From a virus (lineage: Duplodnaviria; Caudoviricetes), in the IMG/VR virus record IMGVR_UViG_3300024283_000013, positions 2,838 through 66,837 of that record: 64,000 nucleotides of DNA, one strand, 5' to 3'. The notes under the pieces are model-generated. The model saw nothing but the letters and a program-made list of their open reading frames with translations, did no database searches and had not been told where the DNA came from. A program made the position numbers and the translations under genes. The first letter of the stretch is position 1, and the number at the start of each line of letters is the position of its first letter. Positions 20,194 through 28,823 of this stretch are shown one piece after another.

Positions 20194-20761
20194 TGCGCGC
20201 CTCGCCTATCTTCGAGGCGGCCTGCGCGATCGACAGTTGCGACTGTTCCGTCTCCGGGCGGCCCGAAATAGCCTGTGCCAGTTCCGAAGCGAGATACCGC
20301 ACCACCGTCTCACGAAGACTTGCGTCCCATACATTCTCCGTCGGATTGTTGTTCAAGATCGCCAGCGCCCCGTCGATGTCGGTCCAGATCACCTTCGTCT
20401 GCACCCCACCCACCTGTGTGTTCCCCACGTTCCATGTCGTCGGCAGCGGATCGTTGGGGTCGGTGTTCGCCGGATCGATCATCTGCCAGATTTCCAAGGC
20501 GAACGGTGGGTAGATGTACTCCCGACTGTAGCCCAGCGTGAACGGCCCGACATTGCCGCTGGCGCTCAGCGCAATCTGCCGCCGTGTCGCGTCCCAGCCA
20601 TAGGACCGCAGGATGAACGCCACGCACGGCAGGTAGAGCTTCTGCAGCGCCTTGCCGGCCGTCGAGTCGTCAAACGTCGGCGCAAGCCCCGTCACGGCAG
20701 GCTGGTTCCCGCCGATCATCTGGAGAGCCTGGTTGGCGATGTCGGTCGAGACAACGGGCAT
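20186..20761 (-). CDS. Tail adaptor (tail tubular protein A) paralog 1
   Basis: TDIANQALQMIG; WDATRRQIAL; EYIYPPFALEI; WDASLRETVVRYLASELA. Confidence 0.8.
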   Translation of the reverse strand: MPVVSTDIANQALQMIGGNQPAVTGLAPTFDDSTAGKALQKLYLPCVAFILRSYGWDATRRQIALSASGNVGPFTLGYSREYIYPPFALEIWQMIDPANTDPNDPLPTTWNVGNTQVGGVQTKVIWTDIDGALAILNNNPTENVWDASLRETVVRYLASELAQAISGRPETEQSQLSIAQAASKIGEARNG

Positions 20762-20767
20762 CTGGGC

Positions 20768-22357
20768 TCACTGCGTGCAGAACTCGTAAATGACCACGAA
20801 GCCGTTGGCTCCCGCCCCGCCGTTGGCGCCGCCGCCGGCATTGGACGAAGCACCACCACCACCACCGCCACCACCGCCTACGCCCACGGCGCCGTCCGCC
20901 GCCGTCGTGCTGCTGGCCCCGCCACCGCCCGCGCCCAGGTGACTCGAGCCGCCCTTGCCGCCGACTGCGGTCCCGGAGGCCGCGCCGGTCGTGCTCGGAA
21001 CGGTGCCACCCGTCTCGCCAGTGATCTTGACGTCGCCCGTAGCCGGCACACCGCCGCCGCCGCCCACACCATTGCCATCCCCGCCGATTCCGCCTGCGGC
21101 AGAGCACAGCGCGCCAACCGTGGTCGTGCCGCCAGTCCCACCCGCCGTGCCGGTCGTATTGCCGCCCGAGCCGCCGGTGCCGATGGTGACCGCCTGAGAA
21201 ACGCCGATTGTCGAGGCAGAGGCAGTCACCACAGCGTATCCGCCGGAACCGCCACCTCCGCCCCCGGCAATCACCGAAGCCCCCGTGTTGGCCCGCCCGC
21301 CGCCGCCACCACCCGCTCCCACACATTCGATGACCGCGTAGTACAGGTGAGCGTTCGGCGTGTAGGTGCTGTTCGTGGTGAACTTCTGGATGCGAACCGC
21401 CTGCGACGACACCGACACCGTGGCAAAGGCCGTCGTCGCGATCTGCGTCGTGCTGGTGCCGTTCGACGCCGTCGGCGCCGCAGGCGTGCCGGTGAAGGTC
21501 GGCGAAACAGACGCAACAAGCGTGGAGCCCGTCCCAGTCAGCGCCGTGATCGACGTGCCGTTGATCTTGAAGACGTTGCCGGTGCCCGCCGTGTCATAGG
21601 TCTTGTTGGTGAACGTGTCGGTCGTCGCCTTGGCCACCAAGGTGTCGGTCGTCGCCGGCAAGGTCAGGACACCCGATGCCGTGGCCGACGCCTGCACCTG
21701 CGTCGTGCCGCTGCCAGAGCCAGCAAAGAGCACCTGCCCGGAGAAGGTGTTGTTCCCGGAGAAGGTGTTGTTCGTATTGTTCTTGGGAACCGTGTTGCCA
21801 CTGGTGCCGATCGACGTGGCGCAGTCGGACACCAGCGTGCCCGAGGTATTGTTCCAGCAGACCAGATCGTTGACGATGCTGGTGCCGGGCCCGACGATGC
21901 CGCTGATCGAGAACGGGAACTGGTAGGCTGTGCCGTTGATGTTGAAGCTCAGCGGCAGCGCCGAGGTCCCGACCGCCCCGTAGGCCAGCAGCCCGCCGCC
22001 CTGCGCGTTCGCATCCAGGCAGAGGTAGTGGTAGAGCCCGGTCGACGTCGCATTGTCGTACATGCAGTTGTGCGTCGAGAGCGGCCCGGTGCCGCCATTC
22101 GCATACGGCCCCGTGCCGGTTCCCCGGTTCGTCTGGTTCCATTCGCTGATGCCGACACCGGGCCCGCCGCCGCTCGCCGCGCCAGCGTCAACAACGATGG
22201 GTTGGGCGAACGTCGGATTGCTGTAAATCGGGAGGTGGCCCGCCGTGTAGTTGCCACCTTGCAGAACGGACGTTTGGCCCAGCGCCAGGGCGGGCCACAG
22301 CAGAAGTAGGGCGAGAAGCGCGCCTAGCCTATTCGGGCCCCGCTTTGTCATAGGCAT
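20768..22357 (-). CDS. Tail fibre with C-terminal glycine-rich domain and Sec signal peptide
   Basis: Start at ATG 22357 (GGAGG upstream) or 22351; SPTFTGTPAAPTA...TQIATTAF fibre repeat; GAGGGGGG glycine-rich tip; RLGALLALLLLWPALALG|Q. Confidence 0.8.
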   Translation of the reverse strand: MPMTKRGPNRLGALLALLLLWPALALGQTSVLQGGNYTAGHLPIYSNPTFAQPIVVDAGAASGGGPGVGISEWNQTNRGTGTGPYANGGTGPLSTHNCMYDNATSTGLYHYLCLDANAQGGGLLAYGAVGTSALPLSFNINGTAYQFPFSISGIVGPGTSIVNDLVCWNNTSGTLVSDCATSIGTSGNTVPKNNTNNTFSGNNTFSGQVLFAGSGSGTTQVQASATASGVLTLPATTDTLVAKATTDTFTNKTYDTAGTGNVFKINGTSITALTGTGSTLVASVSPTFTGTPAAPTASNGTSTTQIATTAFATVSVSSQAVRIQKFTTNSTYTPNAHLYYAVIECVGAGGGGGGRANTGASVIAGGGGGGSGGYAVVTASASTIGVSQAVTIGTGGSGGNTTGTAGGTGGTTTVGALCSAAGGIGGDGNGVGGGGGVPATGDVKITGETGGTVPSTTGAASGTAVGGKGGSSHLGAGGGGASSTTAADGAVGVGGGGGGGGGASSNAGGGANGGAGANGFVVIYEFCTQ

Positions 22358-22700
22358 TCGCGCTTTCCTCCATAGGCTGCGGCGGCGGAGGTTCGGCCGG
22401 TTGGGCATGAAGCTCCGCAACCTGCGCCGCCAAGGCGTCCACCTTAGCAGACAATTCCACCACCTGCTCCGGCGAGATGTGCGCGAACAGCGCGTCGAAG
22501 CGCTCGTTCAGCTTCTGGATACCATCCTGAAGTCCGCGAATTTCGTCCGGCGGCGGCGCCGTGGCCAACTTCTCGACCTGAGCCTTCACCTCGGCGATGT
22601 CCTGCTCGACCTTCGCCATCATCGTGCGATCCATGTGCTCTCCTTCCTCGGCTGGTGCAGAGGTCGAATAGTGCCGGCCGCTCATGTCCTGTTGCATCAT
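22329..22700 (-). CDS. Coiled-coil hypothetical protein
   Basis: Heptad pattern; ATGA-coupled to the staple gene. Confidence 0.65.
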   Translation of the reverse strand: MMQQDMSGRHYSTSAPAEEGEHMDRTMMAKVEQDIAEVKAQVEKLATAPPPDEIRGLQDGIQKLNERFDALFAHISPEQVVELSAKVDALAAQVAELHAQPAEPPPPQPMEESANAYDKAGPE

Positions 22701-23008
22701 TCGTCCTCCGTCGCTTCGTTCTCGACCGCGAGCTTTTCGATCTGAAGCTCCACGCGCGCCGTGCGGCCGCCCTCGGTCTCGTTCTGGGAAACGCTGGTGA
22801 CCGTCGCGAAGGCGCGCAGATCGATCACGTCACCGATCTCGCAGTCGCAATCCAGACCCAGCTTCGCGAGTTCCTTCTCGGTCAGGCTGATCCGCAGCCC
22901 CCAGGGATAGCGCGGCTTCATGCTGTCGCCGCCCGCCACAGGCATCGCCATGTCGAGCTGGTCTTCGTCGTCCAACTCCATATCGGTGAGTCGGGTCCAG
23001 CCGGCCAT
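22697..23008 (-). CDS. Capsid staple-like protein
   Basis: PRYPWGLRISLTEKELAKLGL...VELQIEKL motif recalled from BPP-1-like podovirus head modules. Confidence 0.6.
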   Translation of the reverse strand: MAGWTRLTDMELDDEDQLDMAMPVAGGDSMKPRYPWGLRISLTEKELAKLGLDCDCEIGDVIDLRAFATVTSVSQNETEGGRTARVELQIEKLAVENEATEDE

Positions 23009-23012
23009 GGGG

Positions 23013-23450
23013 CTATGCCTCCGCCGGTTCGGCCGCCGGTTCCGCCGCAGCCTCGCCCGCAGGAGCCTCGCCGCCCACCGCCGGCCCCGCCGTCAGTTCC
23101 GACGCATGGCGCTTGTCCATCTCGTCGATCTCCTTCATGTGCCGTTTGTGCGCGCCGTCCCGCTCGCTGCGGTGATTGCCATGCATGTCGCGCAACTCGG
23201 TGCGGTGGCGGTTGTACATCGCCTCCCGCTCCTGCATCTGCTTGGCCGACTTGTCGTCGCCCTCGGCCGCCATCTTGGGCTCAGCCGCGCTCTCGCCGGT
23301 GACCTTCTCGACCGGATCCGCCGCCTTCTCAGGCTCCTTCGCGGGTTCCTTGGCGGCCTCCTTGGCAGGCTCCTTCTTCTCCGGCGCCTTCTTTACGGCC
23401 TCGGCAGAAGCCGCCTTCTTGTGGTCATAGAGCTTCTTGCGATCGGCCAT
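23013..23450 (-). CDS. Lys/Glu/Ala-rich protein with His-rich helix; N-terminal RKKLYDH motif
   Basis: Start re-assigned to ATG 23450 (MADRKKLYDH). Confidence 0.7.
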   Translation of the reverse strand: MADRKKLYDHKKAASAEAVKKAPEKKEPAKEAAKEPAKEPEKAADPVEKVTGESAAEPKMAAEGDDKSAKQMQEREAMYNRHRTELRDMHGNHRSERDGAHKRHMKEIDEMDKRHASELTAGPAVGGEAPAGEAAAEPAAEPAEA

Positions 23451-23454
23451 TGGC

Positions 23455-23667
23455 CTAACTCCCGGAACGAGGGTGGTCATACATCTTCTTGCGACGATGA
23501 CCCATCTTCTCAAACGTCAGCGCCAGCCGAGCGCGCTTGCCGGTCGTGCCGGGAGCATCCTTCTTCTCCTCGGCCATCTCGTGCACGGACTTGCCAGCGG
23601 CTTCCGCCTGCTTGGTAAAGGCCCCCTTCTTCAGATGCGCCTTCTGGATCCACTTCTTCTTCGCCAT
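23455..23667 (-). CDS. Small basic protein, C-terminal RRKKMYDHP
   Basis: Start re-assigned to ATG 23667; KKWIQKA...GKRARLALTFEKM family common in phage head modules. Confidence 0.7.
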   Translation of the reverse strand: MAKKKWIQKAHLKKGAFTKQAEAAGKSVHEMAEEKKDAPGTTGKRARLALTFEKMGHRRKKMYDHPRSGS

Positions 23668-23695
23668 CGTGCGGCTCGCTACATCGGTGATCGTG

Positions 23696-23917
23696 CTACT
23701 GGTCATGAAGCGTGTGCTTGTACTGCCCTCGAACCTTCGCTCGAAAGACACTGCCAGGCGACTCCGCGGCCGCAAGCTCGTGGTACACCTCGGGGGGCAC
23801 CCCGGCATAGGAATAGATGCCGCCTCCCTTGAAACGCACGAAGAGCCGTGTCCCCTGATGGCCCACCGCCTCGAGGTTGGACGACTTCACTTCCTTCATC
23901 GGAGGCAGGCCGTTCAC
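23696..23917 (-). CDS. KTSC domain protein
   Basis: VKSSNLEAVGH...LFVRFKGGGIYSYAGVPPEVYHELAAAESPGSVFRAKVRGQY. Confidence 0.9.
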   Translation of the reverse strand: MNGLPPMKEVKSSNLEAVGHQGTRLFVRFKGGGIYSYAGVPPEVYHELAAAESPGSVFRAKVRGQYKHTLHDQ

Positions 23918-24096
23918 TTCTTGCTCCCGTGGTCGTAGACCTTCTTCCGCTTCGCCGCCCAGTTCGCGATCCGGATGGCCTTACCCTCGTCCCCCGTCTC
24001 CTTGAGGATCGCATTGGCCGTCTCCGCCGCCTTGGCAGCAGCCTTGCCGTGGAGCGCCTTGTTGTGCTTGCCGAAGCTCTTGGCGTTCCACGGCAT
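23914..24096 (-). CDS. Small basic ChaB-like protein, C-terminal RKKVYDH
   Basis: MPW...KAAETANAILKETGDEGKAIRIAN pattern. Confidence 0.6.
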   Translation of the reverse strand: MPWNAKSFGKHNKALHGKAAAKAAETANAILKETGDEGKAIRIANWAAKRKKVYDHGSKK

Positions 24097-24110
24097 CGCC
24101 GGTCTCTCGT

Positions 24111-25427
24111 TTACAGCTCAGCGTTCGCCGTGATCTTGCCGGAACCGTTGTTGTCCGCGATCGTCATGGACAGCCCAACCGCAATGGTCGAACTGGTCAG
24201 GCTGCAAAGTGCCATAGCCTGCTGGGTCGACACGACATAGGTGATACTTGTCGCCGCAGCGAGCGCCGAGCAAGCGGTCGCGGTGGTCTCCGCCGTGGTG
24301 GTGAACCCAGCAAAGCCGGCGGTGTAGGCCATAGTCGGCGCGACGCGCATCGGCACTGGGAACACGACCGGGAACACAAGCCTGCCCGCTCCGTCGCCGG
24401 CGCCGGCCGTGGTGATGTGACCGACGAAACGCGGGATAAGCGTCGCACCCTCCGCGACCTGGTAGTAGTAGCGATACTGCGCCAGAGACTCGGTTTCTTG
24501 AGTGCGGCGGGCGAAAGACTTGGCCCGCGTATCGTTCGGCGAAAGAGCCACACCTGCCGTTCCAGCCGCGGCAGTCAATGCGCTGTTGCGCGTCAACTGG
24601 ATACCGGAGAAGGCGATGTAGTCGTTGGTGCTCGCCGTGCCCACCGGGGTGAAGCACAGAGCCACCGCCACCTGCGTCGTTGCCGCCGGAACCGGGATCG
24701 CCACGGTGTAGCGGTTGTTCGTCGAGGAGATCGTGACGTTCACGCCAATGGCAACGCCGCCCGTGAAGCCGGGAGTGCCGCCGCCACCCGCGTTGACGGT
24801 GAAGGCCGCCAGTGCTGCGCTTTCATCCGTGCCCGTGCCAGACACGAGGTAGGCCGTCATCACCGAGTTGGCCGCGGAGAAGTTGGCACCCGCCGTCGCA
24901 TGGAAGTCGATCTCGGCGGTCTGCCCGGAGAACTGGTAGCTGTTCGCCGACTCCAGCGCCTGAATCATGCACACCGGAAGGACGCCGGTCTGACCGGACG
25001 TGCGCGCCATCTTGAAGCCCGACTTGAAGGTGCCCGCCGCCGGCAGATCGGCCGCCGTGGTCGTGCGGCTAACCGTCATCGCCGTGGCAGTGCCCGACCA
25101 GTAGGCCCACCGATCCGGGCCGCCGTAGGTCGTGGTCGTGGTGACGCTCGAGCCGGTCGTCGCGCGCTGCCACAGGTTGGTCGTGGAGTCGCCGCCAATC
25201 AGCGCGTTCTCCGGATTGTTGCCCGAGAGCGTTTCGCTGTAGTTGCCCAGCAACGCCGCCGATGCGTACTGGCTCTGCGCGCTCGGCTGACCGCGCGGGA
25301 TGATCTGGATCAGGTCGGTGGAGCCGATCGACTGCACCTGCGGCACGCTGATCGTCTGAGCCAGCGCGATGCCGCCGATGAGAGCGGTGGCGGCCAGAAC
25401 GCCCGCGAGTAGCTTCTTGAAGTTCAT
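24111..25427 (-). CDS. Fibre/head-spike-like carbohydrate-binding protein with Sec signal peptide
   Basis: NALIGGDSTTNLWQR...GPDRW motif of fibre CBM-like domains; MNFKKLLAGVLAATALIGGIALA|Q. Confidence 0.7.
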   Translation of the reverse strand: MNFKKLLAGVLAATALIGGIALAQTISVPQVQSIGSTDLIQIIPRGQPSAQSQYASAALLGNYSETLSGNNPENALIGGDSTTNLWQRATTGSSVTTTTTYGGPDRWAYWSGTATAMTVSRTTTAADLPAAGTFKSGFKMARTSGQTGVLPVCMIQALESANSYQFSGQTAEIDFHATAGANFSAANSVMTAYLVSGTGTDESAALAAFTVNAGGGGTPGFTGGVAIGVNVTISSTNNRYTVAIPVPAATTQVAVALCFTPVGTASTNDYIAFSGIQLTRNSALTAAAGTAGVALSPNDTRAKSFARRTQETESLAQYRYYYQVAEGATLIPRFVGHITTAGAGDGAGRLVFPVVFPVPMRVAPTMAYTAGFAGFTTTAETTATACSALAAATSITYVVSTQQAMALCSLTSSTIAVGLSMTIADNNGSGKITANAEL

Positions 25428-25437
25428 GGTCGCTCCT

Positions 25438-25812
25438 TCAGTTCACGATGACGTAGTTGTAGATGCTGGTATCGAGAGCGGTGCCGCCCACGGTGAAGCC
25501 AGTACCCGGAGTTGTGGTCAGCACGTTTGGCGAGTTCGGGCTCACCGTTCCGCCGACCGTCTTCAGGGTGAAGATCACCACCGAGTTGGCGGTCATCCGC
25601 GCGTTGGTCACCGTTACCGGCGTGGCGCCATTCAGCGTCACCGTCCCGCTCGACAGAGTGAAGTAGCAGGAGGTCGTGCACGGCGAGCCGATGCCGGTGA
25701 CGTTCGTCTGCGTGCCGAAGGTGGAAAGCCGCTGCATACCTCCCTGCGCAAAGGCGATCGACGCGATGGCGGCGAACAGCGCGGCAGCAATGAACATTCT
25801 GAGCTTGGTCAT
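25438..25812 (-). CDS. Small beta-rich virion-type protein with Sec signal peptide
   Basis: GTVTLNGATPVTVTNARMTANSVVIFT...GTGFTV head-fibre-like motif; MTKLRMFIAAALFAAIASIAFA|Q; CTTSC. Confidence 0.65.
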   Translation of the reverse strand: MTKLRMFIAAALFAAIASIAFAQGGMQRLSTFGTQTNVTGIGSPCTTSCYFTLSSGTVTLNGATPVTVTNARMTANSVVIFTLKTVGGTVSPNSPNVLTTTPGTGFTVGGTALDTSIYNYVIVN

Positions 25813-25819
25813 GATGCCC

Positions 25820-26707
25820 TCACATGATTGCCGGCACGGACAGCGATACCGATGCCTGGCCGGTCGTCGAGACGCGATAGTTGACGGTCACACCCGACGT
25901 CGCCGTGTAGGTCGCCGTGTTGACGCGATAGAGAACGGATGCCTCCGGATCACCGAAGGCGATCGAATAGGGCATGTTGGCCGCCAGCAGCGACGCAAGC
26001 GCACCGAAGCCGACGCCGACGCCGACCCAGGTCGACCCACCGTCGAAACTGCGCTCGAGTTGCCCAGTCAGGACGCTCGGCTGGTAGCCGCTGCCGACGC
26101 CGGTGAAAACCGCCGCAGTGTCGGTCCCGGCCACGTCGATCACGTTGCCCGTCGGGGCGAACCAAATCAGCGGCGGATCCTTGTTGGCGGCCGGCGCCGA
26201 AGTCGCCGCAGCCGACATGACCAGCGACGTCCCGTCAGCGCCAACCATCACCACCGTGACGCCGGAGGCAAAGTACGGGCTGTCCACCGTCGCGCCGACC
26301 AAGGTCGAAAGCGCCTTGCCATTGGGAAGCTTGTTGGCGGCGTCCACCGTCATCTGCACGGTCAGGCTGTTGACCGCCGGCAGGCCCGCCCACGCCTGCG
26401 GCGCGAACTTCATGGTGAACGTGCCGCCGCTCGGATCCGAGCCGACCGTAGTCCCCGGCGGCACCAGCGTCGACTTGACGGCATCGCCGACCGCCTTGCC
26501 CGTGCCGCTGGCGGTGCCAGTGGTAGAGCCGGCCGTCACCGCGAGCGAAGTGACCCGCGATCCGTACAGGACGAAGTTGAGCGGCCCCCAGGCGGAGAAC
26601 GCCTTCCCGGGACCAACCCCGGAAATGGTGCCGCTGACGACCCCATTGGCCCGGTCGGCGCTGACCTTGTCAGAGCCGCTGACCCCAGGAAGGGAGGGGA
26701 TGCCCAC
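25820..26707 (-). CDS. Putative virion (decoration) protein
   Basis: Beta-rich Gly/Thr/Ala composition, head-module position; no signal peptide. Confidence 0.55.
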   Translation of the reverse strand: MGIPSLPGVSGSDKVSADRANGVVSGTISGVGPGKAFSAWGPLNFVLYGSRVTSLAVTAGSTTGTASGTGKAVGDAVKSTLVPPGTTVGSDPSGGTFTMKFAPQAWAGLPAVNSLTVQMTVDAANKLPNGKALSTLVGATVDSPYFASGVTVVMVGADGTSLVMSAAATSAPAANKDPPLIWFAPTGNVIDVAGTDTAAVFTGVGSGYQPSVLTGQLERSFDGGSTWVGVGVGFGALASLLAANMPYSIAFGDPEASVLYRVNTATYTATSGVTVNYRVSTTGQASVSLSVPAIM

Positions 26708-27457
26708 TTATCCGGTCACTCCCGCAAGGTTCTGCCTGGCGCGCTTCGCCACGGTGCCGAGCACCGCAACGTCCGGCGCTTCCGGATGGCTGTTGTCGAG
26801 GGTCAGGTCGTCGGCGAACTCCGCCTCACCGGCCGCGAACTGTCTCTTGGGCGGATCACCCTTCACGGTGAGGCCCGCGGAGGTCATGTAGTAGGGGCGC
26901 TGGTCGGCGGTCGGAATCGCCTCCGGGCGTCCGCCGGTGCTGATGTCCCAGGCGTCGTAAATCTGCCGCGCCATGTCGTTGACCGGCACCATCGAACGGT
27001 TGGGCACGCCAGTCCAGCGCACCTCGTTGTTCACCTGCCGCTTGTCCGGGAGCATCCGGTACGGCTGGATGCGACGCTCGTTGAGGTACACCGGGGTGAC
27101 GATCCGATACTCGGGCCGCTCCAGCACTGGTAATGTGCGCGAGTGCATGATCAGGTCGACCATGCGGTTGTGCGCGTCCTCGCGGCGCTGCGACTCCTCG
27201 ATCGAGATGGGCTTGTTGTACTGCCCCTGCTTGCTCGAGTTGTTGATGTTGATGCCCAGCTTCTCGATCGCCACGGCCAGCATCGCCATGACCTGATTCT
27301 CGGGAGACGCCGGCACCGACACCTTGGCGAGGATGTCCCTCTTGAAGGCTTCCATCTGCTCGGCGACGACCGCCGCCGCGCGAGCATCGACCGCCTTCTC
27401 GAACTCCTCCGTCTCGACGACGCGCTGCCGGCCGCGCCGACCTTCTGTCTCTTCCAT
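26708..27457 (-). CDS. Hypothetical head-module protein
   Basis: Start re-assigned to ATG 27457 (MEETEG); follows the cement gene. Confidence 0.65.
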   Translation of the reverse strand: MEETEGRRGRQRVVETEEFEKAVDARAAAVVAEQMEAFKRDILAKVSVPASPENQVMAMLAVAIEKLGININNSSKQGQYNKPISIEESQRREDAHNRMVDLIMHSRTLPVLERPEYRIVTPVYLNERRIQPYRMLPDKRQVNNEVRWTGVPNRSMVPVNDMARQIYDAWDISTGGRPEAIPTADQRPYYMTSAGLTVKGDPPKRQFAAGEAEFADDLTLDNSHPEAPDVAVLGTVAKRARQNLAGVTG

Positions 27458-27468
27458 CAGAGGCTCCC

Positions 27469-28035
27469 TTAGCCGGCGACCTTGTAGTTGGCCGGCATGT
27501 AGCGATTGGCGTTGTCCGGGCGGCCCATGGTCACCACCGCGTTCGCCACCGTGCCCGCGGTCATGGTCGCCGACGGCGAGAACAGCAGGCGCAGGAATCG
27601 CGGCTGGAAGTTGACCGGGAAGGCCGGCGGGAAATCGAAGCGGCCGAACACGGCATTGGCGCCGAGATCGGCGACAGCCATGGCGCCCGTTTCGATCAGC
27701 GTGCGCCAGGTGCCGGGGTTGCCGGTGCCATCGTCGATGGCGCCCTGGAACTTGCAATTGAGCGTGGCGCCGGCACTGGTGGTGAAGGCGGTTCCCACCG
27801 CGCACTCCACCAGCGGCTTCACCCCACCAATGCCCATGTCGGCGCCGAACACCGTCCGGTTGCCGATGATGGCGTTGCCGCCAGTGAGACCGGCCGTCGC
27901 GGCGCTGGCCGCAGCCGGTGCCACGACGCCGACGCCGAGCCCCAGGAGGTCGATGACGTTCGACGGCACATCGACGGTCGTGATGGCCACGTTGCTGCCC
28001 GGCGGCAGAAAATTGACTAGCGCGTCTGTGATCAA
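27469..28035 (-). CDS. Capsid cement protein (BPP-1 Bbp16-like)
   Basis: TTG start with AGGAGG; MITDAL...SNVIDL...DMGIG...RFLRL...TAGTV jelly-roll pattern. Confidence 0.8.
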   Translation of the reverse strand: MITDALVNFLPPGSNVAITTVDVPSNVIDLLGLGVGVVAPAAASAATAGLTGGNAIIGNRTVFGADMGIGGVKPLVECAVGTAFTTSAGATLNCKFQGAIDDGTGNPGTWRTLIETGAMAVADLGANAVFGRFDFPPAFPVNFQPRFLRLLFSPSATMTAGTVANAVVTMGRPDNANRYMPANYKVAG

Positions 28036-28076
28036 GATAGACCTCCTACAACGAGGCTGTTAAAAGTAGTCGGCAC

Positions 28077-28823
28077 ATGCGACCACTTCCTGAGAGACTG
28101 GCTGCGATAGCGGCCGGCCAGAGCTTTTACTTCACCGGCAAGCCGTGCAGTAAAGGACACCTTTCCAAGCGATACGTTCGAGACAATCGATGCGCTCAAT
28201 GCGCCAGCGAAGCGAGCCTCCGCTGGATGAAGAAGGCTCCGCCGCATCCTCTCCGCCAAGCCGCGAAGGATGCAGGACAGCCGCGCTACAACACCGGCGA
28301 ACCGTGCCCTCATGGACATTGGGTCGACAGGTACACATCGAATGGCTTCTGCGTCGTGTGCGCTGCCGCCAAGGTTAAACGCTACCACGCGCGCAACCCG
28401 GGACTTGAAGCCAAGTGGGCGCGCGATCGGCGAGCGAAAGACCCGACCCGCCACCGCGCAGAAGTGAAGCGCTGGCGTGAGAACAATCGCGAAAAGGCCA
28501 CTGCGGCGCTTAAGCGATGGATGGCTGCCAACCCCGAGCGGGTCAAAGCGCTCAGGATTGCCGGGGTCAATAATCGCCGCGCCCGCGTGGCAGCCAACGG
28601 CGGCAGTTTCACCGCAGACGACATCGAGCAACTGTACGTCCGACAGGACGGCAGATGTGCCGTGTGCCCTTGCACAGATGGTCTCGAAATCGATCATATA
28701 CTTCCTATCATCCTCGGCGGGTCAAGCGATCCTTCAAACCTTCAACTTCTGTGTCTTCCTTGTAATCGCTCCAAGGGACGGAAGCATCCGGATCAATGGA
28801 AGGCCGAACTTAAGCCACGGTAG
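28077..28823 (+). CDS. HNH endonuclease, antisense to the late operon
   Basis: Two TG(K/E)PC..GH...RY....C..C repeats; CAVC...IDHILPIILGGSSDPSNLQLLCLPCNRSKG. Confidence 0.85.
   Translation: MRPLPERLAAIAAGQSFYFTGKPCSKGHLSKRYVRDNRCAQCASEASLRWMKKAPPHPLRQAAKDAGQPRYNTGEPCPHGHWVDRYTSNGFCVVCAAAKVKRYHARNPGLEAKWARDRRAKDPTRHRAEVKRWRENNREKATAALKRWMAANPERVKALRIAGVNNRRARVAANGGSFTADDIEQLYVRQDGRCAVCPCTDGLEIDHILPIILGGSSDPSNLQLLCLPCNRSKGRKHPDQWKAELKPR

Noticed and set aside
21749-21781. Short tandem repeat (NNTFSGNNTFSG) and the scaffold EEPPK repeats
   Set aside because: Ordinary coding repeats of fibre and scaffold proteins, not independent elements.
16221-22309. Long plus-strand ORFs (16221-18191, 20060-22309 and many similar elsewhere)
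   Set aside because: Arg/His/Gly-rich shadow frames of GC-rich minus-strand genes, with no RBS or motifs.
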